Position numbers and translations under genes: made by a program. Shown here in pieces: positions 14,848-28,325 of a stretch of 64,000 nucleotides of DNA; positions within the stretch are counted from its first letter, which is position 1, and each line of letters starts with the position of its first letter. The DNA comes from Camelus ferus (taxonomy: Eukaryota), in assembly GCF_009834535.1 (NCBI RefSeq), contig NC_045696.1:8620001-8684000 (forward strand), read 5' to 3'. The notes below the pieces were generated by a model. It ran no database searches. It saw nothing but the letters and a program-made list of their open reading frames with translations, and was not told the origin of the DNA.

Positions 14848-16995
14848 ACACACACACAAAAGAGAAAGGAATCCAAAAGTAACACTAAAGATAGCCATCA
14901 AATCATAAGGGAAGAGAACAAAAGAAGAAGGAAGGAACAAAATAGAACTACAAAAACATCCACAAAACAATGAACAAAATGGCAATAAGTACATCCTATC
15001 AGTAATTACTTTAAATATAAATGGACTAAATACTCCAATCAAAAGTTATTGAGTAGTTAAATGGGTAAAAAAAACAAGACATATATTTGCTGCCTACAAG
15101 AGACTCACTTCAGATCTAAAGACACACACGGACTGGAAATGAGAGGATGGAAGAAGATATTCCACGCAATTGGAAATCAAAAGAAAGTTGGGTAGTAATA
15201 CTTACATCAGACAAAACAGACTTTTAAACAAAAATGGACATTACATAATGATCAAGGGATCCATCCAAGAAGATATAACAATTGTAAAAATACATGAACC
15301 TACATAGAAGTATCTAAACACATAAAACAAATATTAATAGACTCAAAGGTAGAAATTGAGAGTAACATAGTAATAGTAGGGAACTTTAGCACCCCACTTA
15401 CATCAATGGACAGATCATCCAGATGGAAAATTGATAAGGAAACCCTGGTCTTAAATGACACATTATAGCAAATGGATATATATATATATGTTATATATAT
15501 ATAACATTCCATCCCAAAGCAGCAGAATACACATTTATTTTTTCAAGCACACATGAATCATTCTCCATAATAGATCACATACTAGGCCACAAAACAAGTC
15601 TCAGTAAATTTAAGAAATCTGAAATTTCAATTTAAGAAAATTGAAATAATATCAAGTATCTTTTCTGACCACAGTGCTATGAGACTAGAAATCAACTAAG
15701 AGAAAAAAGAAACTGCAAAAAAAAAAAACCAAAAAACAAAAAACAAAAAACAGATGGAGACTAAACAATGTGCTACTAGGCAACAAATGGGCCACTGAAG
15801 AAATAAAAGAAGAAATCAAAATATACCTGGAGACAAATGAAAATAAAAACACAAAAGGTCTGAAATCTATGGGACACAGCAAAAGTAATTCTAAGAGAGG
15901 TTTATAGTGATACAAATCTACCTCAAGAAGCAAGAAAAATCTCCAATAAAGTCACCTAATCTTACAGCTAAAAGAAGTAGGAAAAAAAGGACAAACAAAA
16001 CTCAAAGTTAGTACAAGGAAAGAAATCATAAAGATCAGATCAGAACTATATGAAATAGGGACTAAAAAAAAAAGGAGAAAAAACTGATAAAACTAAGAGC
16101 TGCTTCTTTGAAAAGATAAACAAAATTGATAAACCAGACTCATTAAGAAAAAAGAAAGAGGGCCCAAATCAATAAAATCAGAAAAGGGAAAAGTTACAGC
16201 AAATACTGCAGAAATGCAAAAGATCATGAATTACTCTGAACAGTTATATGCCAATAAAATGGATAACCTAGAAGAAATGGACAAATTCCTGTATATATAT
16301 GATTTCCCAAGACTAAGTCAGAAAGATATAGAAAGTATGAGCAGACCAATTACCAGTAATGGAATTGAATCAGTAATGCAAGAACTTCCGACAGACAGAA
16401 GCCCAGGAACAGATGATTTCACAGGTGAATTCTACCAAACATTTAGAGAAGAGTTAACACCTATCCTCCTCAAGCTATTCCAAAAAACTGCAGAAGAAGG
16501 AATGTTTCTGAACTCATTCTACAAGACCAGAATTACCCTGATACCAAAACCAAACAAAAATATCACACAAAAAAAGAAAACTACAGGTCAATATCACTGA
16601 TAAACATAGATACAAAAATACTCAACAAAATACTAGCAAACTGAACTCAACTTTACATTAATAGGATCATACACCATGATGAAGTCAGATTTATCCCAGG
16701 GGTGCAAGAATGGTTCAATATCTAGAAAGCAAGCAGTGAGATACACCATATTAACAAACTGAAGCATAAATATTATATGATCATCTCAAGAGATGCAGAG
16801 AAAGCTTTTGACAAAATTCAACATCCAGTTATGATAAAAACTCTCTAGAAGGTGGGGTAGAGGGAACATACCTCAACAATACAGGCCGTGTATGATGAGC
16901 CTACGACTAACGCCATACTCAACAGTGGAGAGCTGGTAATGTTTCCTCTAAGATCAGGAACAAGACAAGGATGCCCAGTCTTGCCACTTTCAATC
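14848..16995 (+). mobile_element. Inverted 5' segment of the same LINE-1: inter-ORF spacer, ORF2 endonuclease and first half of RT
   Basis: ORF2 ATG at 14979 (MAIST...ITLNINGLN.PIK, with frameshifts). ORF 16214-16600 (EQLYANKMDNLEEMDKFL...SPGTDDFTGEFYQTFREEL). Ends at [16 protein letters not shown] next to the TSD at 16996. Confidence 0.95.
16214..16600 (+). pseudogene. L1 ORF2 central fragment (non-functional)
   Basis: YSEQLYANKMDNLEEMDKFL...PGTDDFTGEFYQTFREELTPILLKLFQK...ITLIPKP is canonical L1 ORF2p. Confidence 0.9.
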
Positions 16996-17427
16996 CTTTG
17001 AAATTGAAATTATTAAAAAAAACTATATTGTCTCAGTTGGCTTACACTCAACACAATGCAAATTATGTGACAATTTTGATAACAGTGACATTTGAAAGGA
17101 AAGTAAAAAAGAAATTTTGTGGAATCATATATAATATTTAGTTAATAATGTACATTTAAATGTTATTACTCTGGTAAAAATGCTGACCTACAAGCAGAAC
17201 CTAATAATACTAAATATTGCCTAATAATGTTAATTATTATATTTTGCTGATATTTAGTCATATAAAAACCATAGCTTCACATATTTACTTATTTTGTTAT
17301 TATGAAGGTATAAGGATAACATTTTATTTAATAGTTAATTTGATTTATAAGATGTAGATATTTAGACATAAGCAAGGGAACTTTCCAGTCTTGCCCTAGG
17401 CCCCACGAATTCTGAGGGACCAACCTG
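16996..17427 (+). mobile_element. Fossil hAT (Tip100/Zaphod-like) transposon, right part with terminal sequence
   Basis: Continues the motif (LKLKLLKK, then NY after a frameshift). Ends CTTGCCCTAGGCCCCACGAATTCTGAGGGACCAACCTG, whose reverse complement resembles the CAGG...GGGGCCCAGGGCAAGA ends of Tip100-group elements. Confidence 0.65.
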
Positions 17428-17569
17428 CACAGAGAGGCCAGCAGGAAGGTGAGGGAGGCCACCTTCTCTCTGAGCACCTGGTAAAGGCTGAGCTGACTCT
17501 GCAGGAGCCCCTGGAATAAGAAGTACTTATTTTCCTGTCACTGACCCTAAGTGAGGTGTGAAGACACCT

Positions 17570-17962
17570 ACATTAGCTTGTAGGGCTGCCGTAACAAGTC
17601 ACCATACTCTGGGCTTGCTTAAACCACAGAAATCGATTGTCTCAGTTCTGGAGGCCCGAAGTTTGAGGTCCAGGTGGCAGTGGGCTGGTTCTTTCTGAGG
17701 CTGTGAGGGAGAATCTGCCCCAAGCCTCTCTCCCAGGTCCTACTGACTTGATGGCCATCTTTGGCATTCTTTGACTTGTAGAAGCATCACTTAGATCTCT
17801 GCCTTCATTTTCACATGGCGTTCTCCTTGTATGTATGTCTGCCTCCAAATTTTCCCCTTTTTTATAAAGACACCAGTCCTACTGGATTAAGGACCACCCT
17901 TATAACCCTACTTTGACTAATTACATCTGCAATGATCTTATTTTCAGATACAGTACTGGGGG
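17570..17962 (-). mobile_element. MaLR solo LTR (MLT1C-like), one end truncated
   Basis: TAGGGCTGCCGTAACAAG...CTCAGTTCTGGAGGC...CTGAGGCTGTGAGGGAGAATCTG...TAATTACATCTGCAATGA are MLT1 hallmarks. Confidence 0.85.
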
Positions 17963-19522
17963 TTAAATTGGGTTCGTGGACTTGGGGTGGGGGTTGGGTA
18001 TGGGGTTGAGTTTACAATGACGGTCAGGCATGGGAGCAGACACTTCATACACTTGGTAGTTGAAAAAAACTAAATTTTTAATTTTGCTTTTATTGTTTGG
18101 TGAAGAGGGGTGATGGGGCTGGGGTCTGTCAGTATGTCCCTTCATTCAAATACCCCTGGCGTCCAGTGACAGTACTGCCTTGCCGTGTTGAAAGTTGGGC
18201 ATGTACTCTGCTTGCCACCCTTGGGCAGAGTCATAATTTCCTTTTAAGATGAAGATCTAGAGGAGAGGGAGATTTAAGTGATTGCTATAAGGTTAGGCTC
18301 ATTTAATTGCATGTAGCTTAGATCACATTAACATGAAACAAAAATAGTATATTTATTAAACAAGCCAGATGAGATAGATGAGATAAAAAATTTCTAGATT
18401 TAGGAAGTTATCAGAGTCAATGTTGGTAATTATTCTTTGTTAAATATTAAAAACATGCAAAGGGTTTTATAAAGGAAGCCCAAAATTGAAACTTGGCTTT
18501 TTAAAGATCTGACAATGAGTGGGAAATGACTAAGATACAAGGGCAGGCAATGCCAGGCTGGCGTTTGGTGGACCGTAAATAACTATGTCTGGAATGGAGA
18601 CACACAAGCTAAACATCATAATTGCCTATATTTGCAAGCCTTCGATCTGCAAATTTCATGGTATTTTTTTTACCCTACTAGGTAAATATCATAGTTATGC
18701 TATGGCCATCTTGCTGCTCTGACTGGACCAAGACCTTCATGGGGGAAAACAATTGCCTGTGGGGTTTGGCTCATTAAGTCCATTTGAAATTTGTTTTGTG
18801 AGTTTCACCATCACCTGCAGATGGGTGGAACTGCTGACTGCCTAGTCATGGCCTTCCTGAGATGCTTTTTCGGTTGGTGGTACTGGGGAGGTGAGTGATA
18901 AATATCACACTGTCTTTGGCAAAACTCCTTCCTGTGTACCTGCAAAATATACACCATTTGGATGGCTAATTGGCTCCTCCCACAAGAAGATGGGCAAGCT
19001 CCTTGAGGATTAATTTTTTTCATTGTGGTCACCTATTGCCAGCACTTAGAACAGTGTCCAGCAAGAGGTAAAAACTCAAAAGACTGATAGTCAAAGCTAT
19101 CCAGTTGCCACATTGTCGTGGCAGGATGGAATATCTTAACAGAAAGCAACATAATTATTCATGTTATGTGAGAGTAGCATCTTCCAGAGTGTGCTGAGTC
19201 ACCGGTGGGTGGCAGAAGGGAGGGCGTCTTACTGTCTTCCTCCTTCAAGGTCATGCCTGGACCTCCAGCCCTCTGGGACCCCAGCTTGGATTTCTGCTTG
19301 TTGCCAGTTCTCAGTCATGTGTCATGAGTGAGGGTTTCTTTCTCCACCTCTGGTGTACTCTCAACAGTGTGGCGTAGTCAAAAGGACATAAGCAGTGGAA
19401 TCAGATCTGAATCCCATTTCTTTTGCTCCTTTTTAGTTTTGTGTTGGTGAGCCTGTAGTTGAGGCAGGTATCAGGATGGGAAGGGTAATGTCACCTGGAG
19501 TGAGTATAACAATCAATAGGAT

Positions 19523-20023
19523 TGTGCATTTAGGACAATTCTTGACAGTCATAAAGGCTCTTGGGGACACAGTTTCCTACAGGCCCCTCTGTTTCTGTAA
19601 GTATTATGGGAAGACAACTAACTGTCCATTTTTATGGGTTATCTTTTTTTAAGAGAATTGTATAGCTCCCATCTTAGGGTGATAGAGATAATGTTTCCCA
19701 ATGGAGCAAAGGGTTAGAGCAGGTTTGCTTGTGGTCCTCTATAGAGATCTAGATTCCCCAACATCGAGATTGCTCAGCTGTGACACAAACTCACTCTGCT
19801 TGCAGCATCCACCTTGGTCCCTCTTCATCACCTCTTTGGGGTTTGAGGGACAAAGAGGGCTGAAGTGAACATAACACTCATGCTTGCTGTGCTGTGAATC
19901 ATAAAGTCCTTTGTCTCTGACTCAGGGGTCTCGTGTCTTCCGCCAGGATCCATGAAATTGTCACAGGTTTACTTGTTAGCTTGTAAGCAGGATCAAATCT
20001 CAGACCATTCACTCTTCTTGACA
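19523..20023 (+). mobile_element. ERVL-class solo LTR (MER76-like)
   Basis: 3' end ...ATAAAGTCCTTTGTCTCTGACTCAGGGGTCTCGTGTCTTC...AAATCTCAGACCATTCACTCTTCTTGACA with terminal CA. Family name recalled; start uncertain. Confidence 0.7.
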
Positions 20024-21049
20024 ACACTCAACATACACTCAAAACATTTGTTTTGTTTTGCTTTCTTTATTAGATATCAAGTTTTTGGAAGTCAGAGGCC
20101 ATGTTGTTTATTTTAACGTCTCCAGTCCTAGTAAAGAATAGACTCACGGAACATTCTTGGTTTAACTGAACTGACCTGGCCTGGCTGGTCTGTAGCATAG
20201 TTTTTGCTTCCTCAGTTAACTCAATCTCAGCCACACCTGAGAGTCAGCCAGTAGAAAGGGAGGATACAGGAAGCAGGCTGATGGAGAGGAAAAGAAAAAC
20301 CCCAAATGCCTTCATTCCTTTGCCGTGTTTCACCTATGTCTCCCTCTATAACCATTTGTTTTCATGGGAAAAAAATCCCGAAGTAATGTCCTCTTCAGAA
20401 ACACAAGGAAAAATGACGAGTGATCACTGCACATGATTCAGAGTCATTGTATTGCAGTGCATGTGGGAACAGGGCATACCTAGCAGAAAGGTCCCAGTGA
20501 AGGCCTAAAGGAGTCCTCCCTGTGCGTGGCAGGGAGAAGTCCATCCTTCCTCCCAAGATCAGGGGGAGTGAGGATGATGGATGCAGAATGCAGGAGAGAT
20601 TCTTCAGTGGAACATAGTTGGTCAAAGAGCTGCCCGGTGGCAGACCCCTCAGTCCCAGGACAGGAAACTTATGCTACCTTGGATGTTCTCCAGGATCTGA
20701 AGCAACTGCCCAAAGCAGTAAGGGAATTGAGGACAGCTGGGTGTTACTAGGCAGGACTGAAGGCTGTGTAGACCAAAGAGTGGCTGTGGTCATCCTCCTT
20801 GCCCCAGTGCTAACTCTGCATGGCTTTGAGGCTGTCATGTTAGCTACTAGCCACACAGCTCCAGAACTATGTCTCCCCACCTGAACCCTGGAATGAACTC
20901 CTATGCATCCCTTAGAGCCCCAGGCCCTTTGCAACAACTTGACTGACTCTGTGGAGCTGTGCCTCTAGGCAGGAGGCAGAAGGTGCTATGTTTCCTTGAT
21001 TAATATGCCTGTCATTTACCAAACATTGCTTGAATGTCCTGGACACTTA

Positions 21050-21580
21050 AATTTACTATGTTTTCTTATTTTTTGTATTCTTGCTGCTTTGGCATTTGGG
21101 GCTCACTGGCTGTGGTGGGACTGGCCATCAACTTGCCTGAGAGTGAACCTCTATTTGCAAACCAACTGATGCAAAGCGTATACCCCCCAACCACCTCCAT
21201 TTTGAATTATGAGGCTTTTATACTCTGGCCCAAATTTGCCCTTCCCTCATCACTCCAGGGCCAGGTTCCAGAGAACTTGGGACAGTGCCCATAACTGAGA
21301 GCTCACTAGAATTGTTAAAAGTAGCCAGTCCTAAGCCTGGCTTGCTTACCCTATCCTGCCCATTTCTTCCCAAGAAAACCACAGTAAAGGCTCTTTGTCC
21401 ATGTTTTTCCCTCCTTCTTCTTTCTCCAGATGGACCCTGGTGCTTCCTTGTGTGGCCCTGCAGGGCTTGGAATGCCTTCTTGTACCGGGAACTATGAGTA
21501 ACAAACTGTCTTTTCCATAGCTGTCTTCTGATTGGTTCCCTCATGACACCTGAATAGTAACAAAATCTACACTTTGAAAA
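21050..21580 (+). mobile_element. ERVL-class solo LTR (MER74-like)
   Basis: TGTATTCTTGCTGCTTTGGCATTTGGGG...TGCAAACCAACTGATGCAAAG...CCCCCAACCACCTCC...AAACCACAGTAAAGGCTCTT match MER74 features. Confidence 0.75.
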
Positions 21581-24500
21581 AGTATTGCCCTCTGAACTGT
21601 GATCAGGCTCAGGGGAGAACTTTTTCTTGCTCTTTATTAAAGAAATATATATTTAGGACTTGAGTAAGAATTCTTTGTTCAGATTTCCCATGGAATCTTA
21701 CATAAAAAAAGAGCGTGATGGACTTTCAAGAAGTTTTGCCCCTTTAGAGGAGTCTGGCGGAAAGAATGGTGAGCCATCCACACCCTGGGACACTGCACGC
21801 TGTTGGAGACCGAGTCAGCGTTATCAGGGTTGACTTGGAGGCATTTTCCCGATTTCTTTTTGAGAGAGGACCAAAATGCAAAGAGAGGTTTGTAACAGTA
21901 TCCTCTTTTTGTAGACATTTAAACAATGGCATAAATGATCCATCTATAGGCATATGTCCGTGTGTTTGTGTCCAATGATGAGCATAAGGAAGAACACGGA
22001 AAGATGTAAGATATGTTAATATAAGTCAGTCGGGGAAGGTGGGATGATGTGGGGTCGGGGCAGGGAGAGGAGAGAGAGGAGAGAAGAATAAAATTGGTGG
22101 GTGTTGGGGGGAGATTGCACTTAAAATCCCATGTCTCCGTAATTATACTTGAACAGTTATATCAAGTTAGAGGTGTGTGAAAACGTATAAATACTTTTTT
22201 TTAAGTTCCATAATTTTGTGACTCAGCTTTTTAGAAGAATTATATTCTGTGACTCAAGGCAATATCATTTTGCTGTGATTTAAATCCCATGACTTAAGTT
22301 TAAATGGAGGAGGAGAGACCTTTGCCCGCCATCCACCTGCTGAGCTCAGGTGCGCTTCTTAGAATTGCTGGGTTTTGAGGTCCTACTGCCAGGCAGATGT
22401 ACATAGACCTGAAATGCCACCTCCCTGTTCATATGTCTCATTTGTGGGACCAGCAGGATGGGAAGAAGCAGCTGTCTCTGTGGAAGGGAGCCTGTCTGTC
22501 CGGATAGAAAGAAGTGATTCTGTCCCTCTGGTTACAGCCCACCACAGACTCACTCGCTCACTGCCCTGCGGTCACTTGGGCCAGACAAAAGCCAAGTTCT
22601 TTTCTCACAGTGCAGGGCCTCCTACCCTGCAAATTTAGCCCCTTCTGCTGGGTGTTACTAAGCCATGAGTCTAAATATGGCACATGGCAGTTTGATGGAA
22701 ATCATTTCCAGTAAAAGAGGATGTTTCCTCAGCAGTTTTGAAGCTGGCGCTGACTCAAGCATCCTCGGGGGAACCCATTTAACTGGTCATTAGGGAGACA
22801 GCAAAGAGGCATTGAGGAATTCTGTAACAAGATGCATATCCTGTGTGGAGGACCCCCGGGACTCTCTGACCATCGGCTCCCTGTGCCTGTGGCCGAAATT
22901 TTCCTGGGGCTGCTGAAAAGCCACTTGCTGCCACTAATCTGTTATTTGGGAGCACAGGCTTATAGACGCTGGGTCCAGCTTTCCAAGGAACACGTCCAGA
23001 GGTGAAACGTGGCATTCAGTCATTCCGTGTCTCAAGCCGATTAATACCCCATCTCTTCATCCGCAGAGGCGAAGTAAATTGAAGCCTCAAAAGGATGGAT
23101 GAAAGTTTATGCTGAGTTTTTCAGGCCAAATATTTACACTGTTTTAAAGGCCACATGTACGCTTATTTGCCAATCTAAATTTTTGAAAATCAGGGTATAA
23201 ACAAATGGGATTTCTTCACATGGACCATACAGTCCAAAAAAAAAAAAAAAAAAGTTTACTTGAGGGGTATTTGGGTTTGTCTACTAAGGAAACAAGTGAT
23301 CCTGATGGGAGTAAGTAAAATTGTCACAAATAATCAAGGATAATATTGCGGATTTATAGATGTGGTGCCTGAAGGTGATTAAGAAGACTAATTACCTGAA
23401 TTCTAAAAAGGACTTTGCAATCTGGGGTCATTCGACAGTCTCAGTTTTCTACTGGCAGATCTGGAAAAGCAAGGGTTACATCTTTTAAATGAAGCTCGGA
23501 CTCATAGAATCCTCAGAGCCGGAAGTCTATTCCATTAAGGTTTGTTCCTGTTCCCAAACATTCATTTATTTCCACACAATTGATATAGATCTTTAGGGAA
23601 GCATTTCAAATGATCTGAATGGCAAGAATGAGAAAATACATTTAAAAAAATGGCAGATATGCTAAAAATGTATTTTTTAAAAGGATCAGCTCAAAACCAC
23701 AGTTACTTAACCAAGGAACCATATGACTAACCACAGCTGCATGGTTAGCGAATTTATGAATGTGTGGAGTCAAGGAATGTGTCTTGGGCATAAACTAAGG
23801 GGTCAGAACCTTTTTATTTATTTCTTTTTTTTTAAGTGTAGAAATTTTCCCCTAGGAAATAGGAATTTGTTAAGTTTGGTAATGTAGAATTACTTTTTTT
23901 TTTTTTTTTAAAGAGTCGTTTGAAATAGTTCTTCTTAAAAACAGAACTATTTTTAGGTGCAACCCATTGCTGCTGGCAGCGCAAGTGTGGCTGTACTCAT
24001 CTTTGGACCCGTTGCTCTTTTCACACTTTAGTCTTTGGACTCTGTTTCTGTCTTAAAGTGATGAATCTTTATCCTTAGGATAACTCTTGGTGCCTTTCCC
24101 ATAGGAGGTGAAGGTCAGGACTCCTTGTAATCAGCACTCTCTGCACATGGTCCTGTAGCCCCTAGGGATGTGAGGACCTATGAGGAGATTTGCATGGAGA
24201 TAGGAAAGGCTGGTGAATCCACCCAATTCAAAGGGAGTTTAGCTCCAGAGACCAAGACCTTAAGCTAAGAGGGCAGCCTCAGTCAGGACCTCCCTTGGGG
24301 TTCCCGTGACTTCACTGTTCTCAGCCTCCGCAGGGCCATGGGCTGGGCCTGGGTTGAGGGGACCGGCTGCTTCTATGGCAGTGATGGTCTCGGGTGTGAC
24401 AGTCTATAAAAAGTGATACCTGTGGACAGGTGGCAAGGCTGGCAAAGGAGACAAGGAGATAAACATGACAAAAAGAGGCCAGACTCTGATTGCATTGGTT

Positions 24501-24642
24501 AGAGGTTTTTACTGAGCAGTCAAGGAAGGAACAGCAAGATTTTGCTTTTTTATGCTGGTAAAATTCTTGCCTTGGTGATGGCACATCTGCAATATGGTAG
24601 AAATATGCTAAGTATAGTCTTTCACCTGACTTTTGAACTCTT

Positions 24643-25141
24643 TAAAAAATTGTTTTAATTGAAGCATAGTCAGTTTACAATGTTGTGTTCATTTCTGGTG
24701 TACAGCATAACAATTCAGTTACACACACACACATATATATTCCTTTTCATATTCTTTTTCATTATATGCTATTACAAGGAATTGAATGCAGTTCCCTTTG
24801 CTATGCAATAGGACCTTGTTGTTTATTTTGTGTATAGTAGTTAATATTTGCAAATCCTGAACTCCCAATTTATCTCCACCCCTGCCTTACCTCCTTGGTA
24901 ACCCTAAATTTGTTTTCTGTGTCTGTGAGTCTGTTTCTGTTTTGTCAATGAGATCATTTGGGTCCTTTTTTTAGATTTCACATATAAGTGATATCATATG
25001 GTATTTTTCTTTCTCTTTCTGGCTGACTTCACTTAGTATGACAATCTCCGGGTCCATCCATGTTGCTGCAAACGGCATTATTTTATTCTTTTTTATGGCC
25101 GAGTAGTATTCCATTGTGTATATATACCACAACTTCTTTAT
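24643..25141 (-). mobile_element. 5'-truncated LINE-1 3' end with perfect 18-bp TSD
   Basis: TSD CCTGACTTTTGAACTCTT at 24625-24642 and 25142-25159, nick context TCTT/GA. Body is similar to 6605-6997. Confidence 0.95.
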
Positions 25142-25659
25142 CCTGACTTTTGAACTCTTGACTCAAAATATCCTCTCTGCTTTGTGTCATGAGCATTTCC
25201 ATTTCTATGCTGAACATAGAGATATCTGATCCTGACGAGAAAAAAAAATACAAAGCAATTGTTTGGTAGAACTAATACTAATATGATAAGATACGATATG
25301 ATACGTACTATATAATACAATACTAACCCACTCATTTTTAAACTATTACTACCAGTGCATCTTATAAACCACTGACCCTTATATAGGTTAGAATGCACTA
25401 GAGTCTTTAGTGGGTTTTGAGTAAAATGCTCAGAAATCTAAAATCTTCTTATTTTTCTACTAATAGCATTCATACTTTGTTGCTAACGGTATTAGGGGGT
25501 ACGCAGGAAGAGTGTGTGCAGTCCTTTAGAGGAAGCAATGGAAGCACCTAAAAGAGGAGGAGGAATTCTCAGTCCTATAAAAGCCTGCTCGCAGAAGAGG
25601 TGTCGGTCGGCAGGAGCTTCACGGCAAGTGCAGGGTTTGGAACCATCCGGATTTCCTAG

Positions 25660-25790
25660 GGAATGTCCTCAGGTCATTTAATTCAGCCTCAGTTACCACC
25701 TTGCAGGGAACTTGTAAAGATCAGTAGTACCGTACAGAAAGCTGCCTGGTGCGGGGAGTAAACGCAGTAAAATTGGTGATTATTGTCATT
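25660..25790 (+). mobile_element. MIR fragment
   Basis: GTCATTTAATTCAGCCTCAGTT...CTTGCAGGGAACTTGTAAAGATC...TGCCTGGTGC...ATTATT resembles a decayed MIR core and tail. Confidence 0.45.
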
Positions 25791-26242
25791 GAAATGTGAA
25801 TTCTAAATAAAAATGAACAATACGACTCATTGTTGTGGAATGACACTTTAAAATCATCTGGAGCCGCTCACACCACATGGATTCTTGCTCCGATGTGAGC
25901 GGTAGAGCCAGAACGCCAGAGGGCTGATTTGTTCCAAAACCCAAATCTGTCTGCAAAATCTATGTGTTCTGAAGATGGGTAATTTTTACGATATTTGTCT
26001 AAAACACTGGAATTAGCTGTGGATGGAAAAACTGGATCTTAGATCATACCATGGAAATCAACTAACCTCATATGTCTCAGAAATGCACCCAGAGGGCCTG
26101 TGATGGCCACAGCACACACGTCTGTAGTAACTGCTATTGACATGAAAGGGACGATGAAAATGCCAATGCACCGGATCGCACCTATTGACGAGAAAAAGAA
26201 ACCTGGCCACACTGGCGCCTGGGGAAGTCCCTGCAATGCACA

Positions 26243-26364
26243 TTTCTTCTTTGTCTTCTCTCTCTTCATCTCTCTTCCTCCACTTCCCCTTTTCTTCCTC
26301 CCTCCCTCCTTCCTTCCTTCTTTTGTTCCTTCTTTCCTTCCTTTTCTGCTGTTCTCTTTTTTTC
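26243..26364. repeat. Pyrimidine-rich low-complexity tract (CTTC/CCTT-like)
   Basis: About 120 bp almost entirely C/T on the + strand. Confidence 0.9.
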
Positions 26365-26684
26365 TATAGATTTCTCTAAAAAGTCACTCACAAGTGTCAG
26401 AAGGAAGGCAGACTGAGCTTAAGTGCCATTTGCTCAGAGGGGCTACAAACCTGTGCCGAGAACGTCAGCTGTCCAGTGCTCTTAGCAACTGGAGCCCAGG
26501 GGCAGGCTGAAACTGACCAAAAGGAGATGTTGCAGATAACCCAGAGAGACACACAGTCATCTGCTGGACCCTTAGTCCATCTGTCCTTGGTACCCAGCTA
26601 CGCAAGGTGCTGCGTAAGGGACTTTTATGTCTCTTCTGCAGAAGAGAATCCAGCAATGGTGAATTGTATAAGCAGATTTGATTT

Positions 26685-27597
26685 TGCTTATTTTCATTTA
26701 TTTAATTGTTCTAAAAATGGAAGTGGAGTTGATTTACCATACAATAGTAGCTGCAGGTGTACAGCACCTCATATTTTTACAGGTTCTACTCCATTAGAAG
26801 TTATTAAAAGATGACGGCTGTAATTCCCCACGCCATACAGTATATCCCGGTTGCTCATCTAATTTATACATAGTAATTTGTATTTCTTAATCCCATATCC
26901 CTGATTTGCACCCCCCCTTTCCTCTCCCCCTTGGCAACCACTAGTTTGTTTTCTATATCTGTGAATCTGTTTCTGTTTTGCAAATTCATTTGTTTGTATT
27001 ATTTTAGATTCCACATATATGTGCTATCATACAGTATTTGTCTTTCTCTGACTTATTTCACTAAGTATAACAATCTCTAGATCCACCCACATTGCTGCAA
27101 ATGACAGGATTTCATTTTTTATCTCTGTTGACGGGCACTTGTGTTGCTTCTCCACATCTCGGATATTGTAAATAATGCTGCTATGAACACTGGGGTGCAT
27201 GGATCCTTTTAAATTAATGTTTTTATTTTTGCTGGATATATACCCAAGAATGGAACTGCTGGATCATATGGCAGTTCTATTTTTAGTTTTTTGAGGAACC
27301 TCCACATTGTTTTCCATTGTGGCTGCACCAATTTATGTTCCCACCTGCAGCGCACAGGGGCTCCCTTTTCTCCACATCTTCGCCAGCACTTGTTATTTGT
27401 TGTCTTTTTGATGACGGCCATTCTTACAGGTGTGAGGTGATATCTCATTGTGGTTTTGGTTTGCATTTCCCTGATTATTAGTGATATTGAGAACATTTTC
27501 ATGTGCCTGTTGGCCATCTGTATGTTTTCCTTAGAAAAATGTGTATTCGGGTGTTCAGCCCATTTTGCTTGATTTTTTTGATTTTGAGTTGTATGAG
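26685..27597 (-). mobile_element. 5'-truncated LINE-1 (ORF2 C-terminus and 3' UTR)
   Basis: ORF 27209-27643 contains QMANRHMK...[37 protein letters not shown]. Possible degenerate TSD core GCAGATT at 26672-26678 and 27603-27609. Confidence 0.92.
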
Positions 27598-27944
27598 CAC
27601 ATGCAGATTGTAAATTCTGAACCGAGAATGTAGCCAGGTTCAAGTAGAGTGGATAGAGAAGCCAGTTCAGAGGTCACTCCATGACAAGTGACTCACTCCT
27701 TACTATTTTTGTATTTTACAAGTTCTATGTTTTTCTAAATATAAGGTTTTATTCTAGTCCTTTAAAATCACAACAGTTATTCTCTAACTGGAAGTTACTA
27801 ACTCAGTAACTTGAGAGTAAATTGCTCACAGGTTCTGACATAAACGAAAAACTGTATTTTCTCTCCACATCTGTACATGTGATGGGAGGTACATTTGTTT
27901 TGTGGTAGCAAAGATCAGTAAATACATTTTCAAAGCTATTCTCA

Positions 27945-28325
27945 TACTGGACTTCTTTTTGATCTATAAGTTCGTTAGCAATGTGCTAAATTTCCAAATA
28001 TTTGGAGACTTTCCAGATATCTTAGTGCTACTAGCTTCTGATTTAATTCCACTGTCCTCAGAGAGTACATTCTCAGAAGTTTACTGATCTATCTTGATGA
28101 ATATTTCACGGGCACTTGAAAGCAGGTTTGTTCTGAAGTTTTGTAGCTATCTTTGTGGTCAGATAGGTCAAATTGTTTGACAATGTTATTTAAAATTTTC
28201 TGATACTGATTTTTAATTTTCTTTTTTGCCTGGTTCTGTCATTTCCTGAGAGGAGGGGCATTAAATCTCCACCTGGGATGGCCGGTTTCTTTCCAGCCCC
28301 CTTTCATTCTGTCAGCTTTTGCTGA
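27945..28325 (-). mobile_element. Old L1M ORF2 (endonuclease-region) fragment
   Basis: AATTTCCAAATATTTGGAGACTTTCCAGATATCTT...TTTAATTCCACTGT...GAGAGGAGGGGCATTAAATCTCC is typical reverse L1M ORF2. Confidence 0.7.

Noticed and set aside
23370..23435. CR1 RT-like peptide NYLNSKKDFAIWGH
   Set aside because: Similarity to YLDFSKAFD..H is too short and degenerate to call by eye.
24405..25583. TATA boxes TATAAAAA (24405-24412) and TATAAAAG (25576-25583)
   Set aside because: Such 8-mers occur by chance in 64 kb, and no downstream exon or ORF supports a promoter.
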